DNA from: a virus
Lineage: Duplodnaviria; Caudoviricetes
IMG/VR virus record: IMGVR_UViG_3300032280_000659
Coordinates: 32,001-96,000 of that record
Reading direction: 5' to 3' (one strand)
DNA: 64,000 bases
The notes below the pieces were generated by a model, which did no database searches, was not told the DNA's origin, and worked only from the letters and a program-made list of their open reading frames with translations. Position numbers and translations under genes: made by a program. Below, one piece after another: positions 40,554 through 52,500 of this stretch; position 1 is the first letter of the stretch, and the number at the start of each line of letters is the position of its first letter.

Positions 40554-42779
40554 CAACAAAAGCATTTACAATTAAGTCTAAATATAGCCATTTAGAATTT
40601 TAAAGTCTATACTTGACAAAAGCCGATCAACAGGTTATACTACAAGTCAATTCGGTTAAATTACTAGGAGATTATTATGCCTCTTTTTGAAGTTAATACA
40701 GTTTCGTTGTTTCGTCATAAGTATATTATTCAGGCAAAGAATCTTGAACATGCTTATGATACAGTTTTGATTGATAAACCAGAAGAATTGACACAAAAGC
40801 ATCTTGACGAAACTATTCTTGATGGTAGGAAAATTGACAGAGAAGAGTTTGAAAGACTTTGTAATACTTCTATGAATGATAGTAGTGAGTTGAGTAATGG
40901 TCATCTTGGAACACGAATTATACACAAGGTAAACTACAATGAGTCCTGAGTTAACAGCAGAACTAATGGGACAGTATCCAGACCAGTTTAAGAATCTCAA
41001 ATACTTAGAGTGTGATGATGGTTGGTACGAGATTCTATCTAGACTTTGTTATATTGTAAATAATCGTCTTGACTATAAGAAAAGGCTTAATGAGCCATTA
41101 GAATTTTTTTATTGGAGTCAAATTAAGGAAAAGTTTGGCGGATTACGGACTTACTGTTATGGTGCTGATGAGTTTATTCGTGGAGCAATAGAAATGGCAG
41201 AAAGTATGAGTTATATTACTTGTGAAGTTACTGGAGAAAAGGGGAAAGTTCGATATAAAAAGTTTGACGAAAATAGACAACCTATTCCAGCTTGGGTTAG
41301 AACTCTTTGTGATAGCGAGGCAGAAAAAGAAGGGTACGTTGTCTAAATTAGTGACAAAAAAGAAAAATTCTGGAATCGCCTAAAGATTCCCTCTTGACAG
41401 TGCCGATAAGTGGTATATACTTGGTGAGTAACGTCAACCAAAACAGGAGAAAAGAAAATGGGAAAAGGCCAAAAAACTTGTGAAAAATGTGGAGCTACCA
41501 CAGGCCCAAGAGCTTATATGTGTCCTAAATGTAATGCTCCGTTCGTTTTTAAGGCAAAGAGTAAGGATTCTAAGAATACGAAGATCATTCGTGATTTTAA
41601 CTGGAAGGAATTGGTAAAAGGAGATAGGATCAGAGTTGGTGGAGGCCCATACTTTGTGAGGGGTACAGACTTTATTCCAATGGGTTATAGAGGCCGTTTT
41701 ATTGTTGAAAGTATTGATCAGCATGGAATTCAAGCTTGGGGACTAGACAAGAACCAAGGTTTCTGCCATATTTATATGGGGCCAGATTTTCAAAATAAAG
41801 AGACTGGAGTTTGGAAGATTAAGCACAAGCTTATGAAACTGAAACCGAAAGTTGAGGTTTAATTATGAGTCTAACTCAAGAACAAAAAGATCAAATTAAT
41901 AATCTTATAGATCATCGTGATCAAATTGTGGGTCATTTGTTTCATATTGAACGTATCTTGAAAACATATTTTCCAGAAGAATTTGAGAGAGCTATTCAAT
42001 TCTATCTTCCTCAAATTACTACTGCTCTTTATGAAGATAGGAAATGGCTCAGTAGAGGAGAGTATAGTTTACAAAACACTATTGACAATCTGATGGAACG
42101 TGCTAAAATAGAACCAAGCAATCAAAGCCTTAAGAAATTTATTTAATTGGAGCAGAACGATGACAGACACATATAGTATCGTAGACCTTAATGGTTTTGC
42201 TAGTCAAATGAGAAAGGCTGCGGCAGATTCTTTTAGCGAAACTCACACAGAGAATCTTGACGAATTTATTTCTCATCAACAAGTAATTAATCTGATACGT
42301 TCACAAAGTCTTGGTTTGGATGAGAATGATGATTATATTATTAATGAAGATATTTTTGACAATATCTTTAATGATATTAGAGATTGGCTGTATGGTGTTG
42401 GCATTGCTAGACTAGCAGCAAAAGGTGAGATTGAATGTGCTTGGGACAACGACTCTAATCAAATGGTTTTTTGGCTTCCTAATAAAAACAATCCACAGCA
42501 TATTAATCATGAATAATCATATTGTAAATATAAGACTAGAAATAGACACAATCAAAGAATACATAGAAACTGAATTGTGCAGAAAATGTGATGAGATGCG
42601 TCAAAAATTAGAAGCACTAGAGATAACTCTGGACGAATATATTGTATCAAGTGATCAAGACAATGATCGTGGTTCTTGACCAAATGACCCATCTTTATTA
42701 GTATAAATCAAAGGCTGGTTGGGTGATAGCCACTTTTGTAGTAATTGATATCACAAACTTTTATAAAAGGACAAGATTT

Positions 42780-43022
42780 ATGGGAGCTACTACTATTTTG
42801 ACGAAGCAAGAAAAGGTCATGACATATCTAACAAAGGGAAAGACACTAAGCCAAGACAGTGCTTACAATCTTTTCAATGTTGGTAATCTAAGAGCAACCA
42901 TCAGTGATATTAAGCCACTGCTTAAGTCACAGGGTTTTAATGTTGTGACATCTACAGGAAGAAATGGCGAAACTAGATATGGTGTTGCTTCTAGTAAGCT
43001 AAGTTTCAAAAGAAAGTCTTGA
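42780..43022 (+). CDS. winged HTH protein
   Basis: KQEKVMTYLTKGKTLS...FNVGNLRATISDIK...G.TRY. Confidence 0.6.
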   Translation: MGATTILTKQEKVMTYLTKGKTLSQDSAYNLFNVGNLRATISDIKPLLKSQGFNVVTSTGRNGETRYGVASSKLSFKRKS

Positions 43023-43091
43023 TTTAAAATGATAAAGCAAACCCCCGATGCCTCTAAACTATGCACACTTTCGGGGGTCTTTATCTAACTT

Positions 43092-43523
43092 ATGTCACAG
43101 TTATTTTTATTTGACGATGATTCTTCTGTCGAGAACATTAGTGATTCTAATGTAGCAGATGTAGCTGAACAACCTCAAGCAGATAATAACACCAAGGCTT
43201 GTCGCATCTGTAATAAGACTAAAAATATTGATGATTTCTTTTTAGATAGAGGTAAAGCATATTCAAAGTGTAAGGATTGTTTTAGCGAATACCAAAAAGG
43301 CTTAAGGATTGCTAAAAAATCTGCACCAGAAAAACCATCTAAATGTGAGTGCTGTGGTAAAATTCCAGATAAATGGATTTGTGATCATTATCCAGGCACA
43401 GAGATTTTCCGTGGCTGGGTTTGTTCAGATTGCAATTTAGCTGCTGGATATGTCGGAGACTCATACGAAGGAGCAGTCCAATTAGTCAATTATCTCTACA
43501 AAAGAAAAGATATAACTAACTAA
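43092..43523 (+). CDS. endonuclease VII-like (His-Me finger) nuclease
   Basis: CECCG...CDH...FRGWVCSDCNLAAGYVGDS. Confidence 0.8.
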   Translation: MSQLFLFDDDSSVENISDSNVADVAEQPQADNNTKACRICNKTKNIDDFFLDRGKAYSKCKDCFSEYQKGLRIAKKSAPEKPSKCECCGKIPDKWICDHYPGTEIFRGWVCSDCNLAAGYVGDSYEGAVQLVNYLYKRKDITN

Positions 43524-43786
43524 AATGATGAAATATTGTTTGTCTCTCATTGTTGTAGGGGTGTTTTTATGTTGCGTAGGGTCTAATTTTATACTCTATG
43601 ATAAATACGAAAAGCTATTATATAGGGTACAGAAGCTAGAAGCAGGCCCAGCAAAAGGATTATTGTTGCAACCAAATGAGGAATCAAGCAAAAGACTTAG
43701 CGATGAAGAAATAGATAATCTACTTAAGGAAATGTTTGAACAAATGTTACGGTCTAAAACGGTCTAATTAAGGTGTATATTAAATA

Positions 43787-44136
43787 GGGCTAGTAAAGGT
43801 ATCGACAGGTAAAATAGGTATAGACGGCATCGACTGGTTAATCGACCGGCCAGTTTAAAAGTCGATTAAAATTGTTAATTGGCGAAGTAACTCTCGCTCT
43901 CGCTGCCTAATTAATTAGGTACTGAGTGGGGCGGCATGAGCCTTATTACCAAATCATGCTGACTCCGATATTCGGATATGGTAGTCCTACCAGACATAAA
44001 TAGGAATGATGATTGTACTCAATCTGACACAGATAATTCTGATAGCTTTGTTGATAGTGTGATAACAATCAACTAACGATGTAGAAGTTTATATTGATGT
44101 TTATTCTGGACAGGGGTTCGACTCCCCTCTAGTCCA
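43787..44136 (+). ncRNA. ssrA: tmRNA
   Basis: 5' GGGCTAG...TCGAC, 3' GGAC-AGGGG-TTCGACT-CCCCT-CTAGTCC-A with G3.U70; tag ORF 43881-43910 GEVTLALAA*. Confidence 0.93.
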
Positions 44137-44204
44137 CTGAATTTAAACCGGGTCTTCTTTAGTAAGCTCATTAAATAAAAGTTTCGCTAATACTAATAGA
44201 AATA

Positions 44205-44753
44205 ATGAACACTAAAAACATATCTCTTATAGGTAATTGCCAAACAGCAGCTTTATGTAAGTTTTTGAGAAAGCTACCAAACCAAAATGAATGTTTTTGG
44301 TTATGTTTTGAGCCAGAATGGATGAATAGTCGTTGGGCATATAATATAGATTTATGGGGAGCAGAACAATTATTGTTTCATATTTTTGATTATGAAACAT
44401 GTATTCAAAAATTAATGAATTCCGATCTTGTTATTTATCAGCCAAATTTTTTAAATAACAGCATTTTAAGTCAAATAAATAATAGTAAAATTTTATCTAT
44501 AACATTATCTCCTATTTTTGTAAATAATTTAAGTTTTATGACAGAAAAAGAAGAAAAATATAAAACAAATATTAAAGTATCTGATATTATTAAACAAAAT
44601 TTAGATAAAAAACTATATCATAAAGTAGATAATCATCCAACTACATTTTTAACATTAGAAATAGTAAAAAAAATTTGTGAAATAAGTGACATGGATTTTT
44701 TCCCAGAATCTATTTATCTTGATTTATTATCAGATCAATATCCAGATTATTAA
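44205..44753 (+). CDS. WcbI-like polysaccharide-modification protein
   Basis: IGNCQ N-terminal and NHPT C-terminal motifs. Confidence 0.55.
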   Translation: MNTKNISLIGNCQTAALCKFLRKLPNQNECFWLCFEPEWMNSRWAYNIDLWGAEQLLFHIFDYETCIQKLMNSDLVIYQPNFLNNSILSQINNSKILSITLSPIFVNNLSFMTEKEEKYKTNIKVSDIIKQNLDKKLYHKVDNHPTTFLTLEIVKKICEISDMDFFPESIYLDLLSDQYPDY

Positions 44754-44836
44754 ATACGTCTGTTTCCAAACATAAAGAAAAGTGTTGACAACGCCGATAT
44801 GTATGGTATACTTGGAGAAACACAGGAGAATTGGAA

Positions 44837-46138
44837 ATGTCGTTTGAGCATCTTAATGGTTTTGTTCGTGATCTGAAAGCAACTAGTAGTACAATTGATA
44901 AGGTTGGCATTATTGAGGATTATACTTCCTCTAATGACAGTGGTGCGAATTTTCTTAAAAAGATTCTTCTTTACACTTATCATCCTCTTTGGCAGTATAA
45001 TGTGACTAGTGATAATCTTAAAAAGAAGAGTCATCTTCGTGGTAAGGTATACAAGTCCATATTTGATCTGTTGGATGCTTTGAAGAATAGAGAAATCACA
45101 GGTCATGATGCTATTGGAGCAGTTAATACTTTTATTGACAATCAAAAAGAATACGAAGAGCTTGTCCATTGTATCATTGACAAGGATTTGAAAACCCGTG
45201 CTGGAGATAAGCTGATTAATAAAGCTATTCCAGATCATATTCCCACATTTAGTGTTGCTCTAGCCGACAAGTATATTCCTAAAATCGTAGACTGGAAGGA
45301 TGGATGGTATGTTAGCAGGAAGATCGACGGTGCTAGATGTATTGCTATTGTTGATAATCATGGTAATTCTACCTTTTATTCCCGCACGGGAAAAATCTTT
45401 GATACTCTTGATATTGTTAGCAGTTGCATTAAAGCTTTGGGACTTACTAATGTAGTTTTGGATGGAGAACTTTGTTTAGTTGATGAGAATGGCAATGAGG
45501 ATTTTCAAGGAGTAATGAAAGAGCTTCGTAAGAAGGATCATACTATTCCTAACCCCTCTTATAAGATTTTTGACATGATTACTCATGATGAATTTTATAG
45601 TCAGAAGGGAGAATATAACAGACCATTTGGTATCAGACTCAAGAATCTTACAGAAGTCATGGGGAAGAATGAATGTTCTTGTTTGACACTTCTGAAACAA
45701 TCTTTGGTGAAGGATGAAAGCCACTTTCAAGATATGATCAAAGAATCTAGCCAGAATGGCTGGGAGGGGCTTATGCTTCGATCTGATGCTCCGTATAAAG
45801 GCAAGCGATCCAAAGACCTACTCAAATATAAAGCCTTTTCTGATGACGAATATGAGGTTCTGGACACTGAAATGGGGCCATTTCGTTATGTTAAAGATGG
45901 TGCAGAATGTGAGGAGACTATGTTGAGTTGTGTGATGATTCAACATAAGGGTCATTCTGTTAGGGTAGGTTCTGGTTTTAGTATTGAACAAAGGCAGGAA
46001 TTTTATAAGAATCCGAAGAAGATTCTTGGCAAGATAATTACGGTACAATATTTTGAGGAAACTGAAAACGATAAGGGAGGAATAAGCCTGCGATTTCCAA
46101 CCTTTAAGATTCTTCATGGAGAAGAAAGAGATATTTAA
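44837..46138 (+). CDS. lig: ATP-dependent DNA ligase
   Basis: KIDGAR adenylation motif, VLDGEL, WEGLMLR, LLKYK, VGSGFS, SLRFP; promoter at 44785. Confidence 0.95.
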   Translation: MSFEHLNGFVRDLKATSSTIDKVGIIEDYTSSNDSGANFLKKILLYTYHPLWQYNVTSDNLKKKSHLRGKVYKSIFDLLDALKNREITGHDAIGAVNTFIDNQKEYEELVHCIIDKDLKTRAGDKLINKAIPDHIPTFSVALADKYIPKIVDWKDGWYVSRKIDGARCIAIVDNHGNSTFYSRTGKIFDTLDIVSSCIKALGLTNVVLDGELCLVDENGNEDFQGVMKELRKKDHTIPNPSYKIFDMITHDEFYSQKGEYNRPFGIRLKNLTEVMGKNECSCLTLLKQSLVKDESHFQDMIKESSQNGWEGLMLRSDAPYKGKRSKDLLKYKAFSDDEYEVLDTEMGPFRYVKDGAECEETMLSCVMIQHKGHSVRVGSGFSIEQRQEFYKNPKKILGKIITVQYFEETENDKGGISLRFPTFKILHGEERDI

Positions 46139-46231
46139 GTCTAGATTAGCTAAAGAAACAGGTCTTGACAAGACGATAGCATTAGTGTAGAATTGGAGCA
46201 TACGCCTTGGAACCAATCCTTTGAGGACATT

Positions 46232-46930
46232 ATGATAGATGCAATTGTTGAGAAAAAGCCGATTGTTATGAGTACGAACAAGGCAGATGAGTTTTTTAAA
46301 AACTTTCCCAAAGATAAGGTAGTTGCTTATAAAGATTATTGGGAGAGTGTTCGTCCAAAAACTGACGAAGATATTTTTCGTCGCTATCTCTTTGCTTATT
46401 GTAGCGTTCATACCACTTGGCAGGGCAATGTTAAGGGATATAATGCTATCAAAAACTTTAACGAGTGGGTAGATAATAAAGAAACTCTTTTGACAAAACT
46501 CCACAAGAGCGGAGTTGGATTGCATAATAATCGCACTAACTATATCTGGGATTTTAGTACCAAGTTTTGGGCTAATCCTAAAGATTTTTATTTGACCACC
46601 AAGAAATATCATGTTAAAAAGCGAGACAGTATTCTTAATAAGATTAGTGGTATTGGGCTGGCTAAAATTAGCTTTGCTCTTGAAATGATACATCCTAATG
46701 AGGCGAGGGTACTCTGCGGAGATATTCATCAGCTTAGACTTTACGACGTTGAGGCTCTCAAGTATAATAAAAGTAAGACTGGTTCAGCAATCTACAAAAA
46801 GATGGAGCGCCATTGGATGATTAATTGTGGCAAATTGAAAGTCCCATCTTATGTAGCAAGGTCGATCTATTGGGATGATCTTCAAAAGAAGGAAGATAGT
46901 CGTTACTGGAGCTATGTGCTAGAATCATGA
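46232..46930 (+). CDS. HhH DNA glycosylase-like protein (Ogg-like)
   Basis: ISGIGLAKISF HhH followed by CGDIHQLR; own promoter at 46165. Confidence 0.65.
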   Translation: MIDAIVEKKPIVMSTNKADEFFKNFPKDKVVAYKDYWESVRPKTDEDIFRRYLFAYCSVHTTWQGNVKGYNAIKNFNEWVDNKETLLTKLHKSGVGLHNNRTNYIWDFSTKFWANPKDFYLTTKKYHVKKRDSILNKISGIGLAKISFALEMIHPNEARVLCGDIHQLRLYDVEALKYNKSKTGSAIYKKMERHWMINCGKLKVPSYVARSIYWDDLQKKEDSRYWSYVLES

Positions 46931-47104
46931 GTCCAATAAGATTTCCTAGGGTTGCTATCCTAAAAGATAATGAGATAGTAGAATATGGCTATATGAATAA
47001 AGACATGCCTCAAAGTGATGGCTCGTACTTGTATGAAATTTATGGAGACTCTGCAAGACTTTATATTCTAACAGAAAGCGAATTTTTACACGTTGGAGGG
47101 GATG

Positions 47105-47224
47105 ATGAGTCAAAACGGTAAGGGTAGTAAGCCAAGACCCAAAAGCGTGGATCAAAAAACTTGGGAGAAAAATTACGAGAGAATCTTTAGGCATGAGGGG
47201 CGTACCCAAAAGAAAAACACATGA
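47105..47224 (+). CDS. small conserved phage peptide
   Basis: GKGSKPRP...WEKNYERIF; not in the ORF track. Confidence 0.55.
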   Translation: MSQNGKGSKPRPKSVDQKTWEKNYERIFRHEGRTQKKNT

Positions 47225-48039
47225 ACAATATAGCCCTCTCAGCATTGTGTAAAGAGCCTGCCGAAAATATAAAAGAGTGGATAGAATACCATTCTGCAAT
47301 CGGGGTGGATCATTTTGTTCTTTATGATAATGGTAGTTATCCAAAGCTTACTGATGTCTTTAGTTCAGAAATTAAAAATGGACTGGTTAGTATTGTTGAT
47401 TGGACAAAAGATAACCAAAATGGTAGACAAATTAGAGCACAAGTTCATTGTATAAATAACTATGACTATTTTAGATGGATTGGTTTTTTTGACATAGACG
47501 AATTTGTTGTTTTATTAGATAAGTCTACCAATATAAAAACATATTTAGATAAATATGAAAATTATGATGGTTTATGTTTACATTGGTTATTATTTGGTGC
47601 TAATAATCATATAAACAGACAAGACTCTGTTATATACAATTATACACAATCTTGTCCTTCTCATGGAGCCAATGAACATATCAAATCTATTATTAATCCA
47701 AAAGGATATCCTAATAAAAAAATAATTAGCTATCATAATCCGCATTGGATACCAACAATTAAGGGAAGTGTTAATGTTTTGGGCGATCCTGTTGTGGATG
47801 CTTTTGGAAGTACCAGACAAAGAAAGTCTAAGCCAATAATTAATGAAATAATGAGATTAAATCACTACTATACTAAAAGTTTAGAAGATTTTCAAATAAA
47901 AGCAGCAAGGGGTGGAGGAAATAAAGCTGATAGAAAATATGAGCAGTTACACTTCAATAGTATGCAAAAAGAAAATGTTTTTAATAATGATATTATTTTG
48001 TTATATGATAGGATAAAAAATAATGGTAATGATAACTAA
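47221..48039 (+). CDS. GT92/GT2-like glycosyltransferase
   Basis: IKEWIEYH..IGVDHFVLYDN, WIGFFDIDEF, KSIINP, LNHYYTKS. Confidence 0.8.
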   Translation: MNNIALSALCKEPAENIKEWIEYHSAIGVDHFVLYDNGSYPKLTDVFSSEIKNGLVSIVDWTKDNQNGRQIRAQVHCINNYDYFRWIGFFDIDEFVVLLDKSTNIKTYLDKYENYDGLCLHWLLFGANNHINRQDSVIYNYTQSCPSHGANEHIKSIINPKGYPNKKIISYHNPHWIPTIKGSVNVLGDPVVDAFGSTRQRKSKPIINEIMRLNHYYTKSLEDFQIKAARGGGNKADRKYEQLHFNSMQKENVFNNDIILLYDRIKNNGNDN

Positions 48040-48922
48040 TTTTGATAATAATCATAGTGTATTTTTTCAATGTAATTGTAAACAAGAAATACTTGTTATA
48101 GATTATGACCATCAATATAAAACTGCAGACCTAGCTATTTACGAAAGTCAAGACTCTTTTTATCATAAGCTGTCATTATGGCAGAGATTTAGATATGCTA
48201 TACAAGCTATTTTTACAGGTAAGCCTTATCACGATCAAATTATATTAGACAATAAACAACTCAAACAGTTGAAAAGTTTTCTATGCTCAATTGATACTTA
48301 GGTGTAATATAACATGTAAGATATCAATGTTGTAGTCCTTAAACAAGGGTGACAATTATGCAAAATTCTAATGCTTTTATTTTTGGTAAAGTTACAAACA
48401 AAAATAAATATCTTCATCAGGCACTTTACGAAACTAATGCTATTATAAAAAAACTTGAAGAAGAAAATAATAGACTAAAAGACGTTCTTACTAACCTAGC
48501 GTCAAAAAATAATAAAGGTTATGCTTTCAGTAGTGAGACTTTAAATGAGCCAATGCTTACAGCATAAGGGAAAAAATAAAAGAATAATAACACAAATCGG
48601 TGAATATGAATATTTAATTGAGGGAGAAAGTGATTGGGCTAAATTTGGTTGTCAATCAGATATTTCGGTAATAACATCTGCTAATTTAGATGGTGGGCCA
48701 TTCTTATTGGTTGGAGATTCTTTCCTAGGTAAAGGCAAAATATCATTAATACAAAATATTGATAGTGGACGAGACGGTTACATAATACTTAAGATCGTAT
48801 TATATTCTCAAGAGGACAAAAAATGATTTCAGAACTTATTCCAGTAGTTGGCTATTATCAAGCTATGATAATTTTAGGTTATTCAGCCGATCAGATTCAA
48901 CAAATTATTAGAGGGTCTACAT

Positions 48923-49108
48923 ATGAGTCAACTTCACAAGAGTAATAAAAATAGAGTTTTCTTTGGTGTTTGTGGAGGACTAGCAGAGAGTTTGGGATTA
49001 GATGTTTCTGTTGTAAGGATTGGCTTTGTTACTGGGGCAATTTTTACTGGTAGTATTCTTTTCTGGGTCTACTTATTATTTGCATTAGTTTTACCCAATG
49101 AAGAATAA
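48923..49108 (+). CDS. PspC-domain membrane protein
   Basis: LHKSNKNRVFFGVCGGLAESLGLDVSVVR...YLLFALVLP. Confidence 0.85.
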   Translation: MSQLHKSNKNRVFFGVCGGLAESLGLDVSVVRIGFVTGAIFTGSILFWVYLLFALVLPNEE

Positions 49109-49850
49109 TATTGTTAGATATAGTATATTATTAATATTCTTTACCACCAGCTCTTTCGGAGGAACTATAGATCCTAAGGCTAATGATGAAAAACATATAG
49201 AGTACGGATTTAAACATGAATGTGTTGTTTTGATTGGGGGTCTAAATAAAGAAAAAGAAAAATATAAAGCTTCTGCTGTTATGATCAATCCCAGATGGGC
49301 AGTAACCGCAGCACATGTTATTAATGACACAAGTCATATCTATATAATACATAAGAGCAAACACATTGATATCGTCTCAACTAAAAAGCCATCAAAATTT
49401 GATATAAATATATTTGGGAAAATGGATATTGCTTTATGCTATTTAGCAGAAGATGTTCCTTTGTCGTTTTATCCAAGTCTGTATGATAAGGGTGATGAGA
49501 TAGGAAAAATATCTAGTCAGGCTGGGTATGGAGACACTGGCACATTTGCAACTGGAAGTATTAAAAACGACGGAGTTAAAAGAGCCGGAACGAACTTTAT
49601 AGATTCTGTAGAAAAAGATATGCTTATTTGTTCTATCTTAGATAAGCCATATACAACGATGGAATTTTTAATTTCTCATGGGGATAGTGGGGGTGGTCTT
49701 TTTATAGACCAAAAACTAGCCGGTATACATTCGTGTATATGGAGTAGGGATGGGAGCAAGCCAAAAGCAACTTACTCTAATTTTAGTGGTCATACTAGAA
49801 TTAGTACATTTAAGGATTGGATAGAATCAACGATTAAAAATCATAAATAA
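49098..49850 (+). CDS. secreted trypsin-like serine protease
   Basis: Signal peptide; TAAHV, DIAL, GDSGGG catalytic triad. Confidence 0.88.
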   Translation: MKNNIVRYSILLIFFTTSSFGGTIDPKANDEKHIEYGFKHECVVLIGGLNKEKEKYKASAVMINPRWAVTAAHVINDTSHIYIIHKSKHIDIVSTKKPSKFDINIFGKMDIALCYLAEDVPLSFYPSLYDKGDEIGKISSQAGYGDTGTFATGSIKNDGVKRAGTNFIDSVEKDMLICSILDKPYTTMEFLISHGDSGGGLFIDQKLAGIHSCIWSRDGSKPKATYSNFSGHTRISTFKDWIESTIKNHK

Positions 49851-49962
49851 TCTAGACATAAGCACAATCTCAGACTTGTCTAAGATTTTACGCCGCTGGT
49901 AGAAATACCATTGATATGGTGTAAATTAATATATGGTCTTTATTTCTGGCGAGAATATATTA

Positions 49963-50442
49963 ATGAAAAATTTTGATAAATTGGTTATTATATTTGCTTT
50001 ATGTCTAATTGTTTTTTCTTTGTCGTATAAAAAATTTGACGTTCATGTTACCCCAAAAATAAATGTAATTTTGGTTCCAAAACCAGCATTGACAACCAAT
50101 ATATTCTATAATGAATACGATAAAGCAAAAACTACTGCTGATACATATGCCAAAAAACTAGTGTTAATTTTTGGTGCTGCTTGGTGTCCGTATTGTAAAG
50201 ATCTTAAAAAAGATAGTTCTACTATTAGAGAATTTGATGATTATGTTGTATGTTTTATAGATATAGATAATAATAAAGATATAACAAATAAATTTCAAAT
50301 AAAAGAACTTCCAACTTCAGTAATACTATATAAAAACAATGAAGAAGCTAGGAAAAGCGGATATAAAAAAACTGAATATATAAAATGGTTAAAACTTAAC
50401 CAAAACCATGGAGAAAACACATGGTCAAAATTATCTTCGTAG
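49963..50442 (+). CDS. membrane-anchored thioredoxin-family protein
   Basis: FGAAWCPYC and ELPT cis-Pro loop; N-terminal TM. Confidence 0.8.
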   Translation: MKNFDKLVIIFALCLIVFSLSYKKFDVHVTPKINVILVPKPALTTNIFYNEYDKAKTTADTYAKKLVLIFGAAWCPYCKDLKKDSSTIREFDDYVVCFIDIDNNKDITNKFQIKELPTSVILYKNNEEARKSGYKKTEYIKWLKLNQNHGENTWSKLSS

Positions 50443-51269
50443 TATGCCTTATAATTTTTATGATAAATAAAGCAAATGGTGGGGAATTTTTTCATAGGTT
50501 TCATAAAACTTATAATATTAAAAGCACTTATACAAATAATAGGACTATTTCTGTAGGATTAGTTTTAATTAATATTACAAAATATAGAGAAATTTTACCA
50601 TCGGATCTGGTGTACAATCAAGTATTATCGTACTCTAAGCAGGAATCTTTTGGAGATGAACATGGAAGAAGTACAAATGTACACGAAACAGTGCATGGCA
50701 TTAATAACGAATTAAGAAATTACTATAAGATATCATTAAAGAAAAACGTTAATGCTTTTTATGCTGGTGAAGGCATGGGCGTTATTGTAGAAAATCCTAA
50801 TATAACTATGAAGCATATTATTCCATATATTCCAAAAGCTCTTATGGGATATAGATACAATTTGTATTTTGTTCAACAGATTAATGACTGGAATAGTGTT
50901 CCAACATATCCAATAGATGAGTGGTCTGCTTATATAGCTGGAGCAGAATGTGCTGTTGATGACGCGATGAACGGCATAGCTACAGAAAAATCTGATTGTG
51001 TTTCTGGGTCTTTAGAGTTTAGCATATACTGTACAGCACTAGCCCTTGCTGTTAAAAATAATGATCCAGATTATTGGAGAGATAATAAACAATTTAAAAA
51101 TATTCTACAATATTTCTTAATTAAATCCGAAAAGGTTTTTTTTGAAGGGCAAGATATTTTCCCATCAGAAAAACAAGAAAAACTTTTTAAAAACCTTAGG
51201 TATCATGATGATGCAAAAGAACTCAGAGATTTTTTAGTATCTGAATTTCAAGGAGTCTTTATAGACTAA
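50421..51269 (+). CDS. secreted HExxH protein (putative metallopeptidase)
   Basis: Signal peptide; VHETVHG and DEWSAY. Confidence 0.5.
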   Translation: MVKIIFVVCLIIFMINKANGGEFFHRFHKTYNIKSTYTNNRTISVGLVLINITKYREILPSDLVYNQVLSYSKQESFGDEHGRSTNVHETVHGINNELRNYYKISLKKNVNAFYAGEGMGVIVENPNITMKHIIPYIPKALMGYRYNLYFVQQINDWNSVPTYPIDEWSAYIAGAECAVDDAMNGIATEKSDCVSGSLEFSIYCTALALAVKNNDPDYWRDNKQFKNILQYFLIKSEKVFFEGQDIFPSEKQEKLFKNLRYHDDAKELRDFLVSEFQGVFID

Positions 51270-51770
51270 TATGAAAACTTTTTTAATTGCTTTAGATTTT
51301 TATCCTTACTATCGTCTACCAAATCTTAGTGAGGTGAATATGCTAAATGAACTTGCTAAAAAAAGTTACAAAGAAACACAAAAAGAAGAGATGCTTAATC
51401 AAACATTATGGTCAGCAATTTTTGTAAAAATGAAAGAATTGAATCCAATTGCAATTCAGTGTGTGCCAATAAGAGGCACCCCAAGAAGATTAAAATCTAA
51501 AGAATTTAATAATAAAACTGGAGAAATAAATTATCCTATAATATTTAATGATCCTAATATTAGTTTAGAAGTTTCTAGAGTAAATATTAAAGTCAAAGAT
51601 TTTTGTATAGATAAAGATAAAACATATATTACATATGAAAAAGCACAAGGAGCTATCAATATTTTGCATGATAAAATTAAAGATTATATGCATATTAAGA
51701 GTGATGATCTATTATATGATGAGGGATCACATTTTTTACGAAGCTTAGAATATGAGATTAGAAAGCTGAT

Positions 51771-52361
51771 ATGAATAAGTTAATTTATTATTCTCAGTTT
51801 AAAGAGGATAAATTAATAGTTGATAATATTATTAAATCAAAAAAAGATGGTTTTTTTATTGAAATAGGTTGCGCAGAGGATGGGGTCGTAAACAGTAATA
51901 CTAAATATTTTGAAGATATTGGATGGAATGGGTTTTTAATAGAGGCAGATCCATCTTCGATTTGTGATATACAGAAGCATAGAAAAGCACCAGTGCTAAA
52001 TTACGCCATCACGAATCAAGACCATATATTTATAGACTTTTTTGTTCAAGAAGATAAAGGTTATTCTGGAACACTAAGACAAAGTGGAAATAAAATTTCA
52101 GTAAAGTCTATATCTTTATATTCATTATTAAAAAATCTTGGCTGTAACACTCATATTGATTTATTATCAATTGATACAGAAGGAACCGAACTGGATGTTC
52201 TTGACGGATTAAATAATATTAGGCCGTCTATTATGATCGTTGAGTATAATACTGCTTTAATCAAAAATGATATTACAGGAGTATGGAATAAATTAGAAAC
52301 ATTAAATTATGAAATTAAATATCAAACAAAATGTAATCTAATTGCTTGTCATCGCAAATAA
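51771..52361 (+). CDS. FkbM-family methyltransferase
   Basis: FFIEIGC..DG..SNT..FE..GWNG.LIEA; LSIDTEG.E. Confidence 0.88.
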   Translation: MNKLIYYSQFKEDKLIVDNIIKSKKDGFFIEIGCAEDGVVNSNTKYFEDIGWNGFLIEADPSSICDIQKHRKAPVLNYAITNQDHIFIDFFVQEDKGYSGTLRQSGNKISVKSISLYSLLKNLGCNTHIDLLSIDTEGTELDVLDGLNNIRPSIMIVEYNTALIKNDITGVWNKLETLNYEIKYQTKCNLIACHRK

Positions 52362-52500
52362 TTCTTAAGCCGCCTTAAAAAAATTTAAGGTAGCCCATTG
52401 ACATAGCCGATAGTGGTTGTATAATCAAAGAAGTCGGGTTGTCATATCAGTCGCGTGACTGAGGCTTTCCGAATTTGGTTTTAAGTTGGAGATATATATT

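Noticed and set aside
45818-46729. 303-aa minus-strand ORF and other short minus-strand ORFs in the track
   Set aside because: They overlap well-supported + strand genes and have no recognisable motifs.
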